Shown: in pieces, positions 25,981 through 36,513 of the stretch
Position numbering within the stretch: position 1 is the stretch's first letter
How the letters are laid out: every line of letters starts with the position of its first letter
Virus record (IMG/VR): IMGVR_UViG_2663762646_000002
Origin: a virus
Taxonomy: Duplodnaviria; Heunggongvirae; Uroviricota; Caudoviricetes
Length of the DNA: 52,847 bases
Reading direction: 5' to 3' (one strand)
The notes under the pieces: generated by a model
Databases searched by the model: none
The model's input: only the letters and a program-made list of their open reading frames with translations
Told to the model about the DNA's origin: nothing
Position numbers and translations under genes: made by a program

Positions 25981-26500
25981 TCAGCAACCCCGGTATCAGT
26001 TCATCCAGCGCGGCTGCTTTGTTCATGGCTTTGATGATATCCCGTTTCAGGAAATCAACATGTCGGTTTTCCAGTTCCGGAAAACGCCGCTGCACCGACA
26101 GGGGGATCCCGTCGAGAATACTGGCAATTTCACCTGCGATCCGCGACAGCACGAAAGTACAGAATGCGGTTTCCACCACTTCAGCGGAGTCTCTGGCATT
26201 TTTCAGCTCCTGTGCGTCGGCCTGCGCACGCGTAAGTCGATGGCGTTCGTACTCAATAGTCCCTGGCTGGAGATCTGTCTCGCTGGCCTGCCGCAGTTCT
26301 TCAACTTCCCGGCGCAGCTTTTCGTTCTCAATTTCAGCATCCCTTTCGGCATACCATCTTATAACGGCGGCAGAGTCATAAAGCACCTCATTACCCTTGC
26401 CACCGCCTCGCAGAACGGGCATTCCCTGTTCCTGCCAGTTCTGAATGGTACGGATACTCGCACCGAAAATGTCAGCCAGCTGCTTTTTGTTGACTTCCAT
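25955..26500 (-). CDS. nu1: terminase small subunit Nu1
   Basis: 181 aa, MEVNKKQLADIFGASIRTIQNWQEQGMPVLRGGGKGNEV... matches lambda Nu1. Confidence 0.95.
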
Positions 26501-26720
26501 TGTTCATTCCACGGCCAAAAACAGAGAAAGGAAACGACAGAGGCCCAAAAGCTCGTTTTCAGCACCTGTCGTTTCCTTTCTTTTCAGGGGGTATTTTAAA
26601 TAAAAACATTAAGTTACGACGAAGAAGAACGGAAATGCCTTAAACCGGAAAATTTTCATAAATAGCGAAAACCCGCGAGGTCGCCGCCCCGTAACCTGTC
26701 GGATCGCCGGAAAGGACCCG
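26500..26720 (-). other. cos site (cosQ-cosN-cosB), contiguous as in a prophage
   Basis: Plus strand 26644-26689 is the reverse complement of the lambda left end GGGCGGCGACCTCGCGGGTTTTCGCTATTTATGAAAATTTTCCGG; the 12-nt cohesive end is at 26678-26689; the following bases match the lambda right end (...CGATCCGACAGGTTACG). Confidence 0.9.
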
Positions 26721-26888
26721 CAAAATGATAATAATTATCATCTGCATGTCACAACGTGCATCTACGCCATCAAACCACGTCAAATAATCAATTATGACGC
26801 AGGTATCATATTAATTGATCTGCATCAACTTAACGTAAAAACAACTTCAGACAATACAAATCAGCGACACTGAATACGGGGCAACCTC

Positions 26889-27122
26889 ATGTCAACGAAG
26901 AACAGAACCCGCAGAACAACAACCCGCAACATCCGCTTTCCTAACCAAATGATTGAACAAATTAACATCGCTCTTGAGCAAAAAGGGTCCGGGAATTTCT
27001 CAGCCTGGGTCATTGAAGCCTGCCGCCGGAGACTGTGCTCAGAAAAAAGAGTTTCTTCTGAAGCAAACAAAGAAAAGAGTGACATTACTGAATTGCTCAG
27101 AAAACAGGTCAGACCAGATTGA
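26889..27122 (+). CDS. ynfO: small DNA-binding-like protein (YnfO/YlcI family)
   Basis: 77 aa, MSTKNRTRRTTTRNIRFPNQMIEQINIALEQKGSGNFSAWVIEACRRR...; position between cos and ydfO as in Qin. Confidence 0.7.
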   Translation: MSTKNRTRRTTTRNIRFPNQMIEQINIALEQKGSGNFSAWVIEACRRRLCSEKRVSSEANKEKSDITELLRKQVRPD

Positions 27123-27179
27123 AGCAATTTAGATAATCGTGCAGACTACGCCCCCTCATATCACATGGAAGGTTTATCT

Positions 27180-27590
27180 ATGGATCAGGTAGTCATTTTT
27201 AAACAAATATTTGATAAAGTTCGAAACGATTTAAACTATCAATGGTTTTATTCTGAGCTAAAACGTCACAATGTCTCACATTACATTTACTATTTAGCCA
27301 CAGAGAATGTTCATATTGTATTAAAAAATGATAATACAGTGTTATTAAAGGGCCTAAAAAACATTGTGTCTGTCAAATTTTCAAAGGATAGGCATCTTAT
27401 AGAAACGACCTCTAATAAGCTGAAATCCAGAGAGATCACATTTCAGGAATACAGAAGAAACCTTGCTAAAGCAGGAGTTTTTCGGTGGGTTACAAATATC
27501 CACGAACAAAAAAGATATTACTATACCTTTGATAATTCATTACTATTTACTGAAAGCATCCAGAAAACTACACAGATCTTACCACGCTAA
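27180..27590 (+). CDS. ydfO: DUF1398-type prophage protein (YdfO/YbcV family)
   Basis: 136 aa from the second ATG (27180), which has a GGAAGG Shine-Dalgarno 7 nt upstream; matches YdfO as recalled. Confidence 0.75.
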
Positions 27591-27741
27591 ACCATAACGT
27601 CCGGCTTCTCTCACTCCTGAGCCGGACTGCATTGGTTTAATAAAAACCATCAACAATTGTGATTTAGATATTCGGAACCATTCAAATATAACAAAACCCC
27701 GTAAAAACGAGGTTTATGGATAAATTTTATTATTGAATACA

Positions 27742-27914
27742 TCAGATTAAATTAATCTTGACATCATAGCTTTCAAGACCCGTCATTTTTTCCCGTGCGG
27801 TAAACTGAATACTGGTAACTTCTTTCCCGGTCTTTTTCTTAAGTTCAATAATTTTTTTGTTATATATTCAGAAATATCTGCTTCTGCTTTTGTTTTTAAG
27901 TTTTCAATATTCAT
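27742..27914 (-). pseudogene. gnsB: gnsB-like gene (GnsA/GnsB family) with a -1 frameshift in an A7 tract
   Basis: N-terminal frame MNIENLKTKAEADISEYITKK and, one frame away, ...IELKKKTGKEVTSIQFTAREKMTGLESYDVKINLI* both resemble GnsB; the frames meet at a run of 7 A (plus-strand T7 at 27852-27858); a good SD (AAGAGGAA) precedes the ATG. Confidence 0.65.
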
Positions 27915-28085
27915 CATTTCCTCTTTTAGTCTGTTATGACTTTCCAGTTACACAGTAAGTCGATTATATGGTGCAAACGTGTAAAAGATAAGATGAAACA
28001 TCGCAATAATCAACATACGATAGTCTAAATTTTACACAAACAGACAAAGAGAATTTTCCTGAATTATCAATGCAATAGCATCAAA

Positions 28086-28241
28086 TCAATTCAAGAGCCT
28101 TATTGCTGCTTCCAGAATTTCTTCTGAAGTAACATGTCGATCCGCGGCTACATAAATGACTTTATGATCTCCGGTCAGAGATGGAAACCCTGCGGCCATT
28201 ACAGTAAGGTGTGTTTTTTCGCCATTTGGATATTCACGCAT
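28086..28241 (-). CDS. small protein at the Qin ynfN position
   Basis: 51 aa from MREYPNGEKTHLTVMAAGFPSLTGDHKV...; the ORF extends in frame upstream to an ATG at 28316 (MKKIIVFFNSEPAVVVPA..., 76 aa), so the true start is uncertain. Confidence 0.5.
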   Translation of the reverse strand: MREYPNGEKTHLTVMAAGFPSLTGDHKVIYVAADRHVTSEEILEAAIRLLN

Positions 28242-28587
28242 GATGGTGTTAACTCCAGTCATCGCTGGCACTACCACTGCTGGTTCAGAGTTAAAAAAAA
28301 CTATGATTTTTTTCATGATGTTACCGTAGTATGTGAGTATCCATCGAATAGACACCAAGCAAAAAAGCTCCCGAAGGAGCCTTCATTTTCACTTTTTTAA
28401 ATCCAACGACAGACGGCTGGCATTTAAGTATTGTGAAATATTATCAAATGTAATCATCATTGATTTACAAAAGATACATTTTGCCCCGAAAGGATTCATG
28501 TCAGAAACATCAAAAGATGATGTTCTATACTGGGAACCATGACAACACGGGCATCTAAAGTGAATATGGTTTGTAATATTGTCTACC

Positions 28588-28800
28588 TCAAAGCGCCACT
28601 ACATGAACAGCGGCAGGACCTTTAGGTCCGTTCTCAATACCAAATTCAACTTCCTGATTCTCAGTTAATGTTTTGAAATCGTTGCTCTGAATTGCTGAGA
28701 AATGGACAAACACATCTTTGCTGCCATCTTTCGGCGTGATGAAACCAAAACCTTTTTCAGGGTTAAACCATTTCACTAAACCAGTCATTTTGTTAGACAT
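28588..28800 (-). CDS. cspI: cold-shock protein (CspA family)
   Basis: 70 aa, [38 protein letters not shown]... with RNP motifs; position as cspI in Qin. Confidence 0.9.
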   Translation of the reverse strand: MSNKMTGLVKWFNPEKGFGFITPKDGSKDVFVHFSAIQSNDFKTLTENQEVEFGIENGPKGPAAVHVVAL

Positions 28801-29162
28801 AATTATTACCTTTTGAAGAAATTAGCCCTTGGGCAGAATGGTCCGAAAAAAAATATCAGAGAGAAAAACCAACAAGGAAATCTCAAGAGGTACAAATAAT
28901 AAAATTATAACAATGACTGCTTCAGATAAATTTGTAACAAACCAGAACACCATTAACGCATGATTAACCACCCATAGCAAGGATTACTTTTGTAAAGAAA
29001 AACACAGCAATGAAAGAATAGCTTTATTTATTAATAAAACGTGTCATTCTGATTAAGACCTTTTATCTTACCCTTAAGATTTCAGGAATTTTGGCTCATG
29101 GAAGAGTCCTTTTTATTTAAATTTTACATTCCGCGATGTAAATGTTCCGATTTAATATTACC

Positions 29163-29696
<534 letters not shown>

Positions 29697-30157
29697 TCAC
29701 GACGAATAACCTGACCGTAACAGTTATTTGAACGAATGCGGCAATCGCGTCCGCCATCCTTAATCCACCAGCGAATCGCTTCGCATGCACCTTTACGATC
29801 ACCAGCATTCAGCCGCTTATAAAACGTCGACGGGAAACACTTACCGGGGCCAATGTTATAGGGACAAAATGACGCGATACCCGCTTTTTGTGGTTCGGTC
29901 AGTGGTACTTTAATATTGCGCTCCACCCATGCCAGCGCCTTATCACGCTCAATGGCGTTGACCTGGTCGCATTTTTCCTTCGACAGTTTCATATTGGGAA
30001 AAACGGTTTTTCCATCCACCACTGTGGCACCCCGACAGATGGTCCATATGCCAGAACCATCGCGGTATGCCATTGTGTGGTTACCTTCTTTTTCGTCCAG
30101 AAACTGGTCAAGTATCTGAGGAGCAGATGATCCTACCCACGTAATATGGACACAGGC

Positions 30158-31024
30158 CTAAGCGAGGTTCTTGTTTTCAAATTGTTCCGGACTGAGGCCG
30201 CCACACCAACTGTGCCGCCGCCACCGATTGTAATCACATTCGATATAATTAAACACCGTTGCCCGCATTATTTCCCGGCTGATAAAGTGTTCTCCATGGA
30301 TACATTCCACTTTCAGCGAATGAAAGAAGCTTTCCACGCAGGCATTATCGTAGCAGCAACCTTTTGCGCTCATACTTCCACGCAGATTATGCCGCTTCAG
30401 TTGCGCCTGATAATCTGCTGAACAGTACTGGCCTCCACGGTCCGTGTGAACGATAACGTTCCGGGGCCTCTTACGCCGCCACAGCGCCATCTGCAGGGCA
30501 TCGCAGGCCAGTTGCGCCGTCATGCGTGGCGACATTGACCAGCCAATAACGGCACGTGACCACAGGTCAATGACCACTGCCAGATACAGCCAGCCTTCAT
30601 CTGTACGTAAGTACGTGATGTCTCCTGCCCACTTCTGGTTCGGGCCACTGGCGTAAAAATCCTGCTCCAACAGATTTTCTGACACAGGCAGGCCGTGTGC
30701 GCGGTAGCTGACCGGGCTGAACTTCCGGGAGGCCTTTGCCCTCAGTCCCTGACGGCGCAGGCTTGCCGCCACGGTTTTTACGTTAAAGGGGTAACCCTGA
30801 GCACGCAGTTCATCCGTCAGGCGTGGGGCACCGTAACGCTGTTTTGACCGGGTAAAAGCCGCGAGGACAACGCTGTCGCAGTGTTGGCGGAACTGCTGAC
30901 GCGTGCTTATCCTTGTCCGCCGCTGACACCACGTATACCAGCCGCTGCGGGCCACCCGGAGCACGCGGCACATTGCTTTGATGCTGAACTCAGCCTGATG
31001 TTTTTCAATAAAGACATACTTCAT
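30158..31024 (-). CDS. insF: IS3 transposase OrfB (InsF), DDE/rve domain
   Basis: 288 aa, matches IS3 InsF as recalled. Confidence 0.9.
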
Positions 31025-31320
31025 TTCAGGCGCTTCGCGAAGTATGTCGCGGCCTTTTGGAGGATAGCCAGCTCTTCATCCCGTTCTGCCAGCTGGCGTT
31101 TGAGACGTGCAATCTCGGTAGACATCTCCAGTTCACGTTCAGAAGACGTCTGCTGATTTTGCTGTTTACTGCGCCAGTTGTAGAGTTGTGATTCATACAG
31201 GCTGAGTTCACGGGCTGCGGCAGTAACACCGATGCGTTCAGCAAGCTTCAGGGCTTCACTGCGAAATTCAGGCGAATGCTGTTTACGGGGTTTTTTACTG
31301 GTTGATACTGTTTTTGTCAT
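31021..31320 (-). CDS. insE: IS3 transposase OrfA (InsE), HTH
   Basis: 99 aa from [31 protein letters not shown]...; overlaps orfB as expected for IS3-family frameshifting. Confidence 0.9.
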
Positions 31321-31448
31321 GTGAGTCACCTCTGACTGAGAGTTTACTCACTTAGCCGCGTGTCCACTATTGCTGGGTAAGATCACAGATGCGCCAGCAC
31401 CAATCAGCGCCAGAACGGCAGCCGACAGGCCGTATCTGATTTTTGTGT

Positions 31449-31760
31449 TCATAGATATTTATGATGAGGACGCTCGTGCTTATTGGCAGGATTTTCAATC
31501 TTAAAGGAGTACTGATGCTGCAGATAAGACTCAACTTTTTCTGACAATTTTTCTGCTACTTCCAGGAAGACTTGCCGGACGCTCCTTCTGGCTGCTGCCT
31601 CATAAAACTCCAGCGCAGCTCCTTCAACACGGTCCATGGCGACATCCAGGTCAAAAATTTCACCGTCAAAGCGTTCTTTGTCCTGTAAGGCTACAGTTAC
31701 CGTAACTTTATTCTCAAAATTACGGACTCCTTTCACAACCAGTTCATAGTCTTGAGTCAT
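31449..31760 (-). CDS. ydfR: DUF826-type prophage protein
   Basis: 103 aa; stop overlaps the endolysin start (ATGA); position as ydfR in Qin. Confidence 0.7.
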   Translation of the reverse strand: MTQDYELVVKGVRNFENKVTVTVALQDKERFDGEIFDLDVAMDRVEGAALEFYEAAARRSVRQVFLEVAEKLSEKVESYLQHQYSFKIENPANKHERPHHKYL

Positions 31761-31764
31761 TGGA

Positions 31765-31980
31765 TTACTCTCCTCTCGCAGCCTTACGCCTGTCTTCTTT
31801 AATCTTGAAATAAAGATTTGTCAGATACGTCAGCAGGCCAAAAACCAGGCTACCCAGCACACCGATTGCAGCCCACTGTGACGGAGTTACTTTATCGAGT
31901 AACTGCAATGCCCAGAAACCAGCATTACCCGCCGATGTGCCATAGGCAACACCTGTTGTTAACTTATCCATTGATTTCAT
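31765..31980 (-). CDS. essQ: holin (class II, EssD/EssQ-like) with dual-start motif
   Basis: 71 aa from [28 protein letters not shown]..., two TM segments; Met1-Lys-Ser-Met4 dual start; sits upstream of the endolysin gene. Confidence 0.85.
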   Translation of the reverse strand: MKSMDKLTTGVAYGTSAGNAGFWALQLLDKVTPSQWAAIGVLGSLVFGLLTYLTNLYFKIKEDRRKAARGE

Positions 31981-32199
31981 ATCCTCACCCCGATGTACAC
32001 GGATGGTGCAATATGTTTGAAAAGATCGGAGTCTACGGGGTAGTTTTGACAGCACACGTTGTTCTCAACGGCGCTAAAAAAACATACACATTAAAAATGT
32101 GGGTAATTATTTTGAAAGAAAGTCATATATAAAATAATAATACGAGAAATGTTTTCATATTTAGTGTACTGTATACGGCCATTTATACAGGAAAAGCCT

Positions 32200-32370
32200 A
32201 TGTCAGAACGTAAAAACTCAAAATCACGCCGTAATTATCTCGTTAAATGTTCCTGCCCAAACTGCACCCAAGAGTCAGAACACAGTTTTTCAAGAGTACA
32301 AAAAGGTGCCCTTTTGATCTGCCCTCATTGCAACAAAGTATTCCAGACAAATCTTAAAGCTGTAGCCTGA
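32200..32370 (+). CDS. small zinc-ribbon protein (CxxC...CxxC), function unknown
   Basis: 56 aa from ATG 32200 with AGGAAAA SD; motifs CSCPNC and CPHC. Confidence 0.5.
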   Translation: MSERKNSKSRRNYLVKCSCPNCTQESEHSFSRVQKGALLICPHCNKVFQTNLKAVA

Positions 32371-32733
32371 TTGATTTTATTAGTAACAAGTATTTTTTAT
32401 ATTTTAATAATATATTTAAAGCAGATAATAAAAAACCCGCCTGAGCGGGTTTGAGATTGTGGTGCTTTTTGTGGGAGTCATCCACTTACGCACTTTGTTT
32501 TGCCATGCCAGCAGTTAGCTTCTGCTGTAAAACTATTCATGCAGCAAACCTGCACTTCACCACAATGGTTAGCATACTTTTCCTGATTAAGATTTTGCCA
32601 AATATGCTAGCCATTGTTTCATGTATTGGACCTCCTTACTTTTTATTAAAGAGATCCAATATTCACTACTCTGTCCGTATCTCTACTCAGGCATCAGCCT
32701 TCTTCGTTATCGTATACAGACGAGCGATGAATT

Positions 32734-32949
32734 TTAATCAGTAATGATGACATTTGCTGCTGCAGGACCTTTAGCACCACTCTCTATAGAGAAGGTAACC
32801 TTTTGACCTTCAAATAAGGTTCGATAATTATCATTCTGAATCGCAGAAAAATGCACAAACACATCTTTACTACCATCAACAGGAGAAATAAAGCCGAAAC
32901 CTTTATCAGCGTTAAACCATTTTACTAAACCAGTCATTTTATTTGACAT
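32734..32949 (-). CDS. cspB: cold-shock protein (CspA family)
   Basis: 71 aa, [38 protein letters not shown]...; divergent from cspF. Confidence 0.9.
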   Translation of the reverse strand: MSNKMTGLVKWFNADKGFGFISPVDGSKDVFVHFSAIQNDNYRTLFEGQKVTFSIESGAKGPAAANVIITD

Positions 32950-33249
32950 TCTACATTCCTTAACTTGAGCCTTTCGGCATAAATGGTTTGCATAACAGAA
33001 ACGACTTCGTACTTAATTGGAGAGACTCAAAGAAGGAATAAGTGAATAACACCTGAAATGAGAACTGCTTTAGTAAACTACTTCGTATATCGTCTGTTCT
33101 TCAAACCGACGCAATCATTAACGCATAGTTGAACATATGAAGCAATGTTTATTTTAGACATCCAGCCATCTTCAACCCCATCAAAAAACTATAGCTTTCT
33201 TCAGGAACGTGTGTATAGTGCGCCAAGTTATCAGTATTAAGGAATTTTT

Positions 33250-33462
33250 TTGTCCCGTAAAATGACAGGAATTGTCAAAACCTTTGACGGCAAAAGCGGC
33301 AAGGGTCTTATCACCCCATCCGATGGTCGTATCGATGTCCAGCTTCATGTTTCAGCGCTCAATCTCCGCGATGCAGAAGAAATTACCACCGGATTACGCG
33401 TGGAATTTTGCCGGATAAATGGTCTGCGTGGCCCTTCAGCTGCCAATGTTTACCTTTCATGA
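33250..33462 (+). CDS. cspF: cold-shock protein homologue (CspA family)
   Basis: 70 aa, [38 protein letters not shown]... Confidence 0.85.
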
Positions 33463-33754
33463 GCTATATTAAAGCTTTAATTTCAGGCCCCATCGGATCA
33501 CACATGGAGAGTTTTTATGAATAACCCCGTCTGTCTTGATGACTGGTTGATTGGCTTTAAAAGCTTATGCTGTACTTTGGCCGTAATAGCTCTGCTAATA
33601 ATATAATAAGCAGACTCATTGTGTTTAGGGACATTGTACTGGAAGAAAACATTTTAAACATCAGGCAAATAACCAAGTCACCAGCTAAATAATAAGTTAA
33701 CAGACATGAGTCCCGGGATGAGATTCAACATTACCATTGCCCCATTTAAAGCAC

Positions 33755-33788
33755 AAAACCCGCTCATCAGCGGGTTTTCTACTTTTTC
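33755..33788 (-). terminator. tR'-like intrinsic terminator downstream of the late promoter (hairpin usable on both strands)
   Basis: AACCCGC-TCATCA-GCGGGTT hairpin flanked by T runs on the plus strand and by UUUUGUG on the minus strand. Confidence 0.5.
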
Positions 33789-33823
33789 TTAACGTCGGGT
33801 ATACAAAGCCCATCGTTGAAAAA

Positions 33824-33852
33824 ATTTTATCCATATTTTTTGAAAAATGCAA
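33824..33852 (-). promoter_or_regulatory. PR'-like late promoter / qut region downstream of Q
   Basis: Minus strand TTGCAT-17 nt-TAAAAT, about 30 nt after the Q stop, same layout as lambda PR' (TTGACT-17-TAAATT). Confidence 0.45.
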
Positions 33853-33883
33853 ACATCATGTCGCCATCTTCAGCAAAAATCAT

Positions 33884-34636
33884 TTATCTCGTCACCTTCC
33901 TCAATTGCGCTTCCGCGTATGCTTCTTCCTGCCAGCACTTTGTTACCAGTTTACCAATGACGTCCGCATACCCCTTATACCACTGATAATCGGTCAGGTC
34001 TGGTACCAGCTTCTGGACATGACGTCGTGCCAGCGTGGTCGGTAAACGACTAAACCGGTTTCCATTACAACGCCCACAAATCTTATATACCGGTACGCCA
34101 TGAAACCGGGTTCTTTTTTCATCCAGAACAATCCCTTTACCCTTACACCCTCTGCACGCTGTGCTGGCTTCGCCCTTACCATGGCAATGCTGACATAGTT
34201 CCTTCACCCATTCTTCCTTGATTACAGATTCCCCGCGTCTGTAGTGTTTCACCACTTCGCGCAATACATTATAAAATCCCGTACCTGAACAATGCTCACA
34301 GCGAGCCTTACTTGCCGCAGACCTGGAGTAATCAGCAAAGGCAAAACTCACGAGGTAAGGAATAATCTGTAACCGGATTTCTTCACTCAATTTGTTCAAT
34401 GTCGGGTTATCCAGTGCCATCGCGTAATTTAGCAGGCCTTCAATCGCAAACTGAGGGTCCTGAACACCAACTTTTGCCAGAAATAAGGCCAACCCAAGTG
34501 GTGCTTTCGACTGCACCATCCCCTGCGCTGCCATTACATCCGTAATTGTTAAACAACCGGTGCCTGTCGCTGGAGCGTCATCGCTCAATTTTGGAGATTT
34601 TGGGGAGTAATATTTTGGTAAGGCTTCAAGGTTCAT
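33884..34636 (-). CDS. quuQ: late-gene antiterminator Q
   Basis: 250 aa from MNLEALPKYYSPKSPKLSDD...; Cys-rich zinc-binding region (CEHCSGTG, CQHCHGKG, CRGCKGKG). Confidence 0.85.
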   Translation of the reverse strand: MNLEALPKYYSPKSPKLSDDAPATGTGCLTITDVMAAQGMVQSKAPLGLALFLAKVGVQDPQFAIEGLLNYAMALDNPTLNKLSEEIRLQIIPYLVSFAFADYSRSAASKARCEHCSGTGFYNVLREVVKHYRRGESVIKEEWVKELCQHCHGKGEASTACRGCKGKGIVLDEKRTRFHGVPVYKICGRCNGNRFSRLPTTLARRHVQKLVPDLTDYQWYKGYADVIGKLVTKCWQEEAYAEAQLRKVTR

Positions 34637-34649
34637 GCTCGTTCTCCAC

Positions 34650-35699
34650 TTACGCCAGTACGCCAATTGTCAGCGCGCGATCGATAAAACGAAATATCAG
34701 CTCCAGTTGGGAGCCATACTTATCTTCAAATGCCACTGTATCCGTATGCAGCTCGTTGTGATGCTTTCTGCACAAAGGCAACACAAAGAGATCATGTGCT
34801 TTTGTTCCCATTCCGCCCTGCCCGTGACCAATCAGATGATGCGGATCGTCGGCTGGCATACCGCAGCAAGCACACGGCTGTGTCTTAACCCAACGTGTGT
34901 ATTTCTCCTTAACCCAGCGGCGACGTTTAGGCAGCTTCATGAAAGATTCCGGAGACTCTGGATCAACGGTGATGCTTACCACCGTCTTTTCCTGTGGTGA
35001 TTTTTGTTGCTGGTGGGCGTAAGGCAACGGTGCAAGATTTTTTGTGCGTTGTTTCAATATGCTGGTGGCGGTCTGCTCTCCCGGTACGATGTCGCTTTCG
35101 CGGTACACCGAGCAGATTTTTTCCGCTGGTAATCCCAGCGAACGACGCGATACAGCCTCAGGTAGTGCATCCACCACCTGATTGCAGACCGCCCACCAGG
35201 ATAATTCAGCCAAAGATAATTCCCGCTCCTGCGTACCGCTTATTGCGTGACGGATGACGTCAATCACCCATGCTGTCAGATTTTGTTGAGCAAGCAGCTC
35301 CAGTGATTCCGATGTCTGGTCACGCAGTTGGTTGTCGCAGTGCCAGCACAACACCATTGCGCCGGTACCATAACGGTGAATGACTGTTTCAGTGTGATGG
35401 TAATCGCCATTAGGCCACTGGCAGGATGTAACATGACGTAATAGCCAGTCGGACAATGCGCCAACGCCGCCAGCAGCACGAATCACCCGTTCGTTACTAA
35501 AAAACGGCAGCAATGTTTTGTCTTCCGCCAGCGGCTGGCGAACGGCAGGAACGACTCCGGATGGCAGATTACGCATGCTTTTTGGTTCCGGTTCCACCAG
35601 CACTCGAGGATTATGAAATATCTGTATGGATTCACGGCCCGGCTTAAGGACCACCAGCCCAAGCTCAGGCACCAGAACAGGTCTAAGTAATACCCGCAC
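34650..35699 (-). CDS. ydfU: DUF968-type prophage protein with C-terminal Cys/His-rich (HNH-like) region
   Basis: 349 aa from a GTG start preceded by GGAGGT; C-terminal motifs CACCG...HHLIGHGQGG...CRKHHNELH. Confidence 0.7.
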   Translation of the reverse strand: MRVLLRPVLVPELGLVVLKPGRESIQIFHNPRVLVEPEPKSMRNLPSGVVPAVRQPLAEDKTLLPFFSNERVIRAAGGVGALSDWLLRHVTSCQWPNGDYHHTETVIHRYGTGAMVLCWHCDNQLRDQTSESLELLAQQNLTAWVIDVIRHAISGTQERELSLAELSWWAVCNQVVDALPEAVSRRSLGLPAEKICSVYRESDIVPGEQTATSILKQRTKNLAPLPYAHQQQKSPQEKTVVSITVDPESPESFMKLPKRRRWVKEKYTRWVKTQPCACCGMPADDPHHLIGHGQGGMGTKAHDLFVLPLCRKHHNELHTDTVAFEDKYGSQLELIFRFIDRALTIGVLA

Positions 35700-35700
35700 G

Positions 35701-35979
35701 TTACCTCCAGATCCGTTGCTGGAAAGTGCGGGACGCACGTGGTGGGCGTTCGGAATAAGGCAGCCTGACAGAGATTATCCAGTGCCGATAGTCGAGACTG
35801 AGAGCTTTCTTAACCTCGAACCCGCGCCTGCGGTAAGAATGAATCAGCCATTCGGCCTGTTCTGCAGTGCATGGAGGGTGCTGGAACCATTCAGACTTGA
35901 ATGCGTGAGAATACCGCCCGTGCGTGCAGGCAAGAACGGGCGAATTATCAGAATTGTAATATTTTGCGTTGCGTGCCAT
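35701..35979 (-). CDS. small Cys/His-containing protein, function unknown
   Basis: 92 aa, ATG with GGAGAAAA SD; MARNAKYYNSDNSPVLACTHGRYSHAFKSEWFQHPPCTAEQ... Confidence 0.55.
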   Translation of the reverse strand: MARNAKYYNSDNSPVLACTHGRYSHAFKSEWFQHPPCTAEQAEWLIHSYRRRGFEVKKALSLDYRHWIISVRLPYSERPPRASRTFQQRIWR

Positions 35980-36045
35980 CGGTTTTCTCCGGTGGCACGG
36001 TGTTACTCAGCGGGAGTTCAGCCCCGCGCAAGATTGTAGATGAGT

Positions 36046-36297
36046 TTATTCTCCTGAAAAAGCAGAAAAGCCAGCTTTTATTCCGATCTCTTTCAATGCC
36101 TGTAATGAAGTGACAAACTCACCTTCGCGCAAGATAAATCCGTCCGTGACCCGAGCATCCACAAAATTAATTAACGCAGCCCCATTCTTTCGCAAACACA
36201 TAATGCGGTAATGACTAACAAGATTTCCATTTTCAACGCACACAGCATAGAGGCCATCTTCACAAAAAATTTTACGCAGTTCTTCGATGTTCATCAT
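36046..36297 (-). CDS. rem: small prophage protein Rem (function unknown)
   Basis: 83 aa with a strong SD (GGAAGGA); length and position between ydfU and hokD fit Rem as recalled; sequence identity not verified. Confidence 0.5.
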   Translation of the reverse strand: MMNIEELRKIFCEDGLYAVCVENGNLVSHYRIMCLRKNGAALINFVDARVTDGFILREGEFVTSLQALKEIGIKAGFSAFSGE

Positions 36298-36412
36298 CAG
36301 AATCCTTCCGGATAATTAGCTCTCCCCTTTAAGGGACCATCCCTCTTATCCCTGCGCGCTACTTAAGTATTTTTGATTCTATTCCGGCACCGTCCAGAAC
36401 TTCAAACGCGTT

Positions 36413-36446
36413 GAAAATAAAAACAAAAACCCGCCGAAGCGGGTTA
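36413..36446 (-). terminator. rho-independent terminator after the relBE-hokD operon
   Basis: Minus strand AACCCGC-TTCG-GCGGGTT hairpin followed by TTTTTGTTTTTATTTT. Confidence 0.65.
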
Positions 36447-36513
36447 AGTGCGGGTGCGTTGAGGATGCCTGCCACATCAGAGGTGGCGAGGGATTTCTCC
36501 CCCGCCGGGTCTC

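Larger units (their letters stand above)
30128..31385 (-). mobile_element. IS3 (IS3 family), complete 1258-bp copy
   Basis: Ends TGATCCTACCCACGTAATATGGACAC... (30128) and ...GCCGCGTGTCCACTATTGCTGGGTAAGATCA (31385) match IS3 inverted repeats as recalled; orfA/orfB present; 4-bp direct repeat CAGA on both flanks. Confidence 0.9.

Noticed and set aside
26019-26599. Plus-strand ORFs of 120 and 179 aa across Nu1 and cosB
   Set aside because: Antisense to Nu1 and running through the cos region; no coding support.
26861-27127. 88-aa minus-strand ORF overlapping ynfO
   Set aside because: Antisense to the better-supported ynfO ORF, which has the expected position in Qin.
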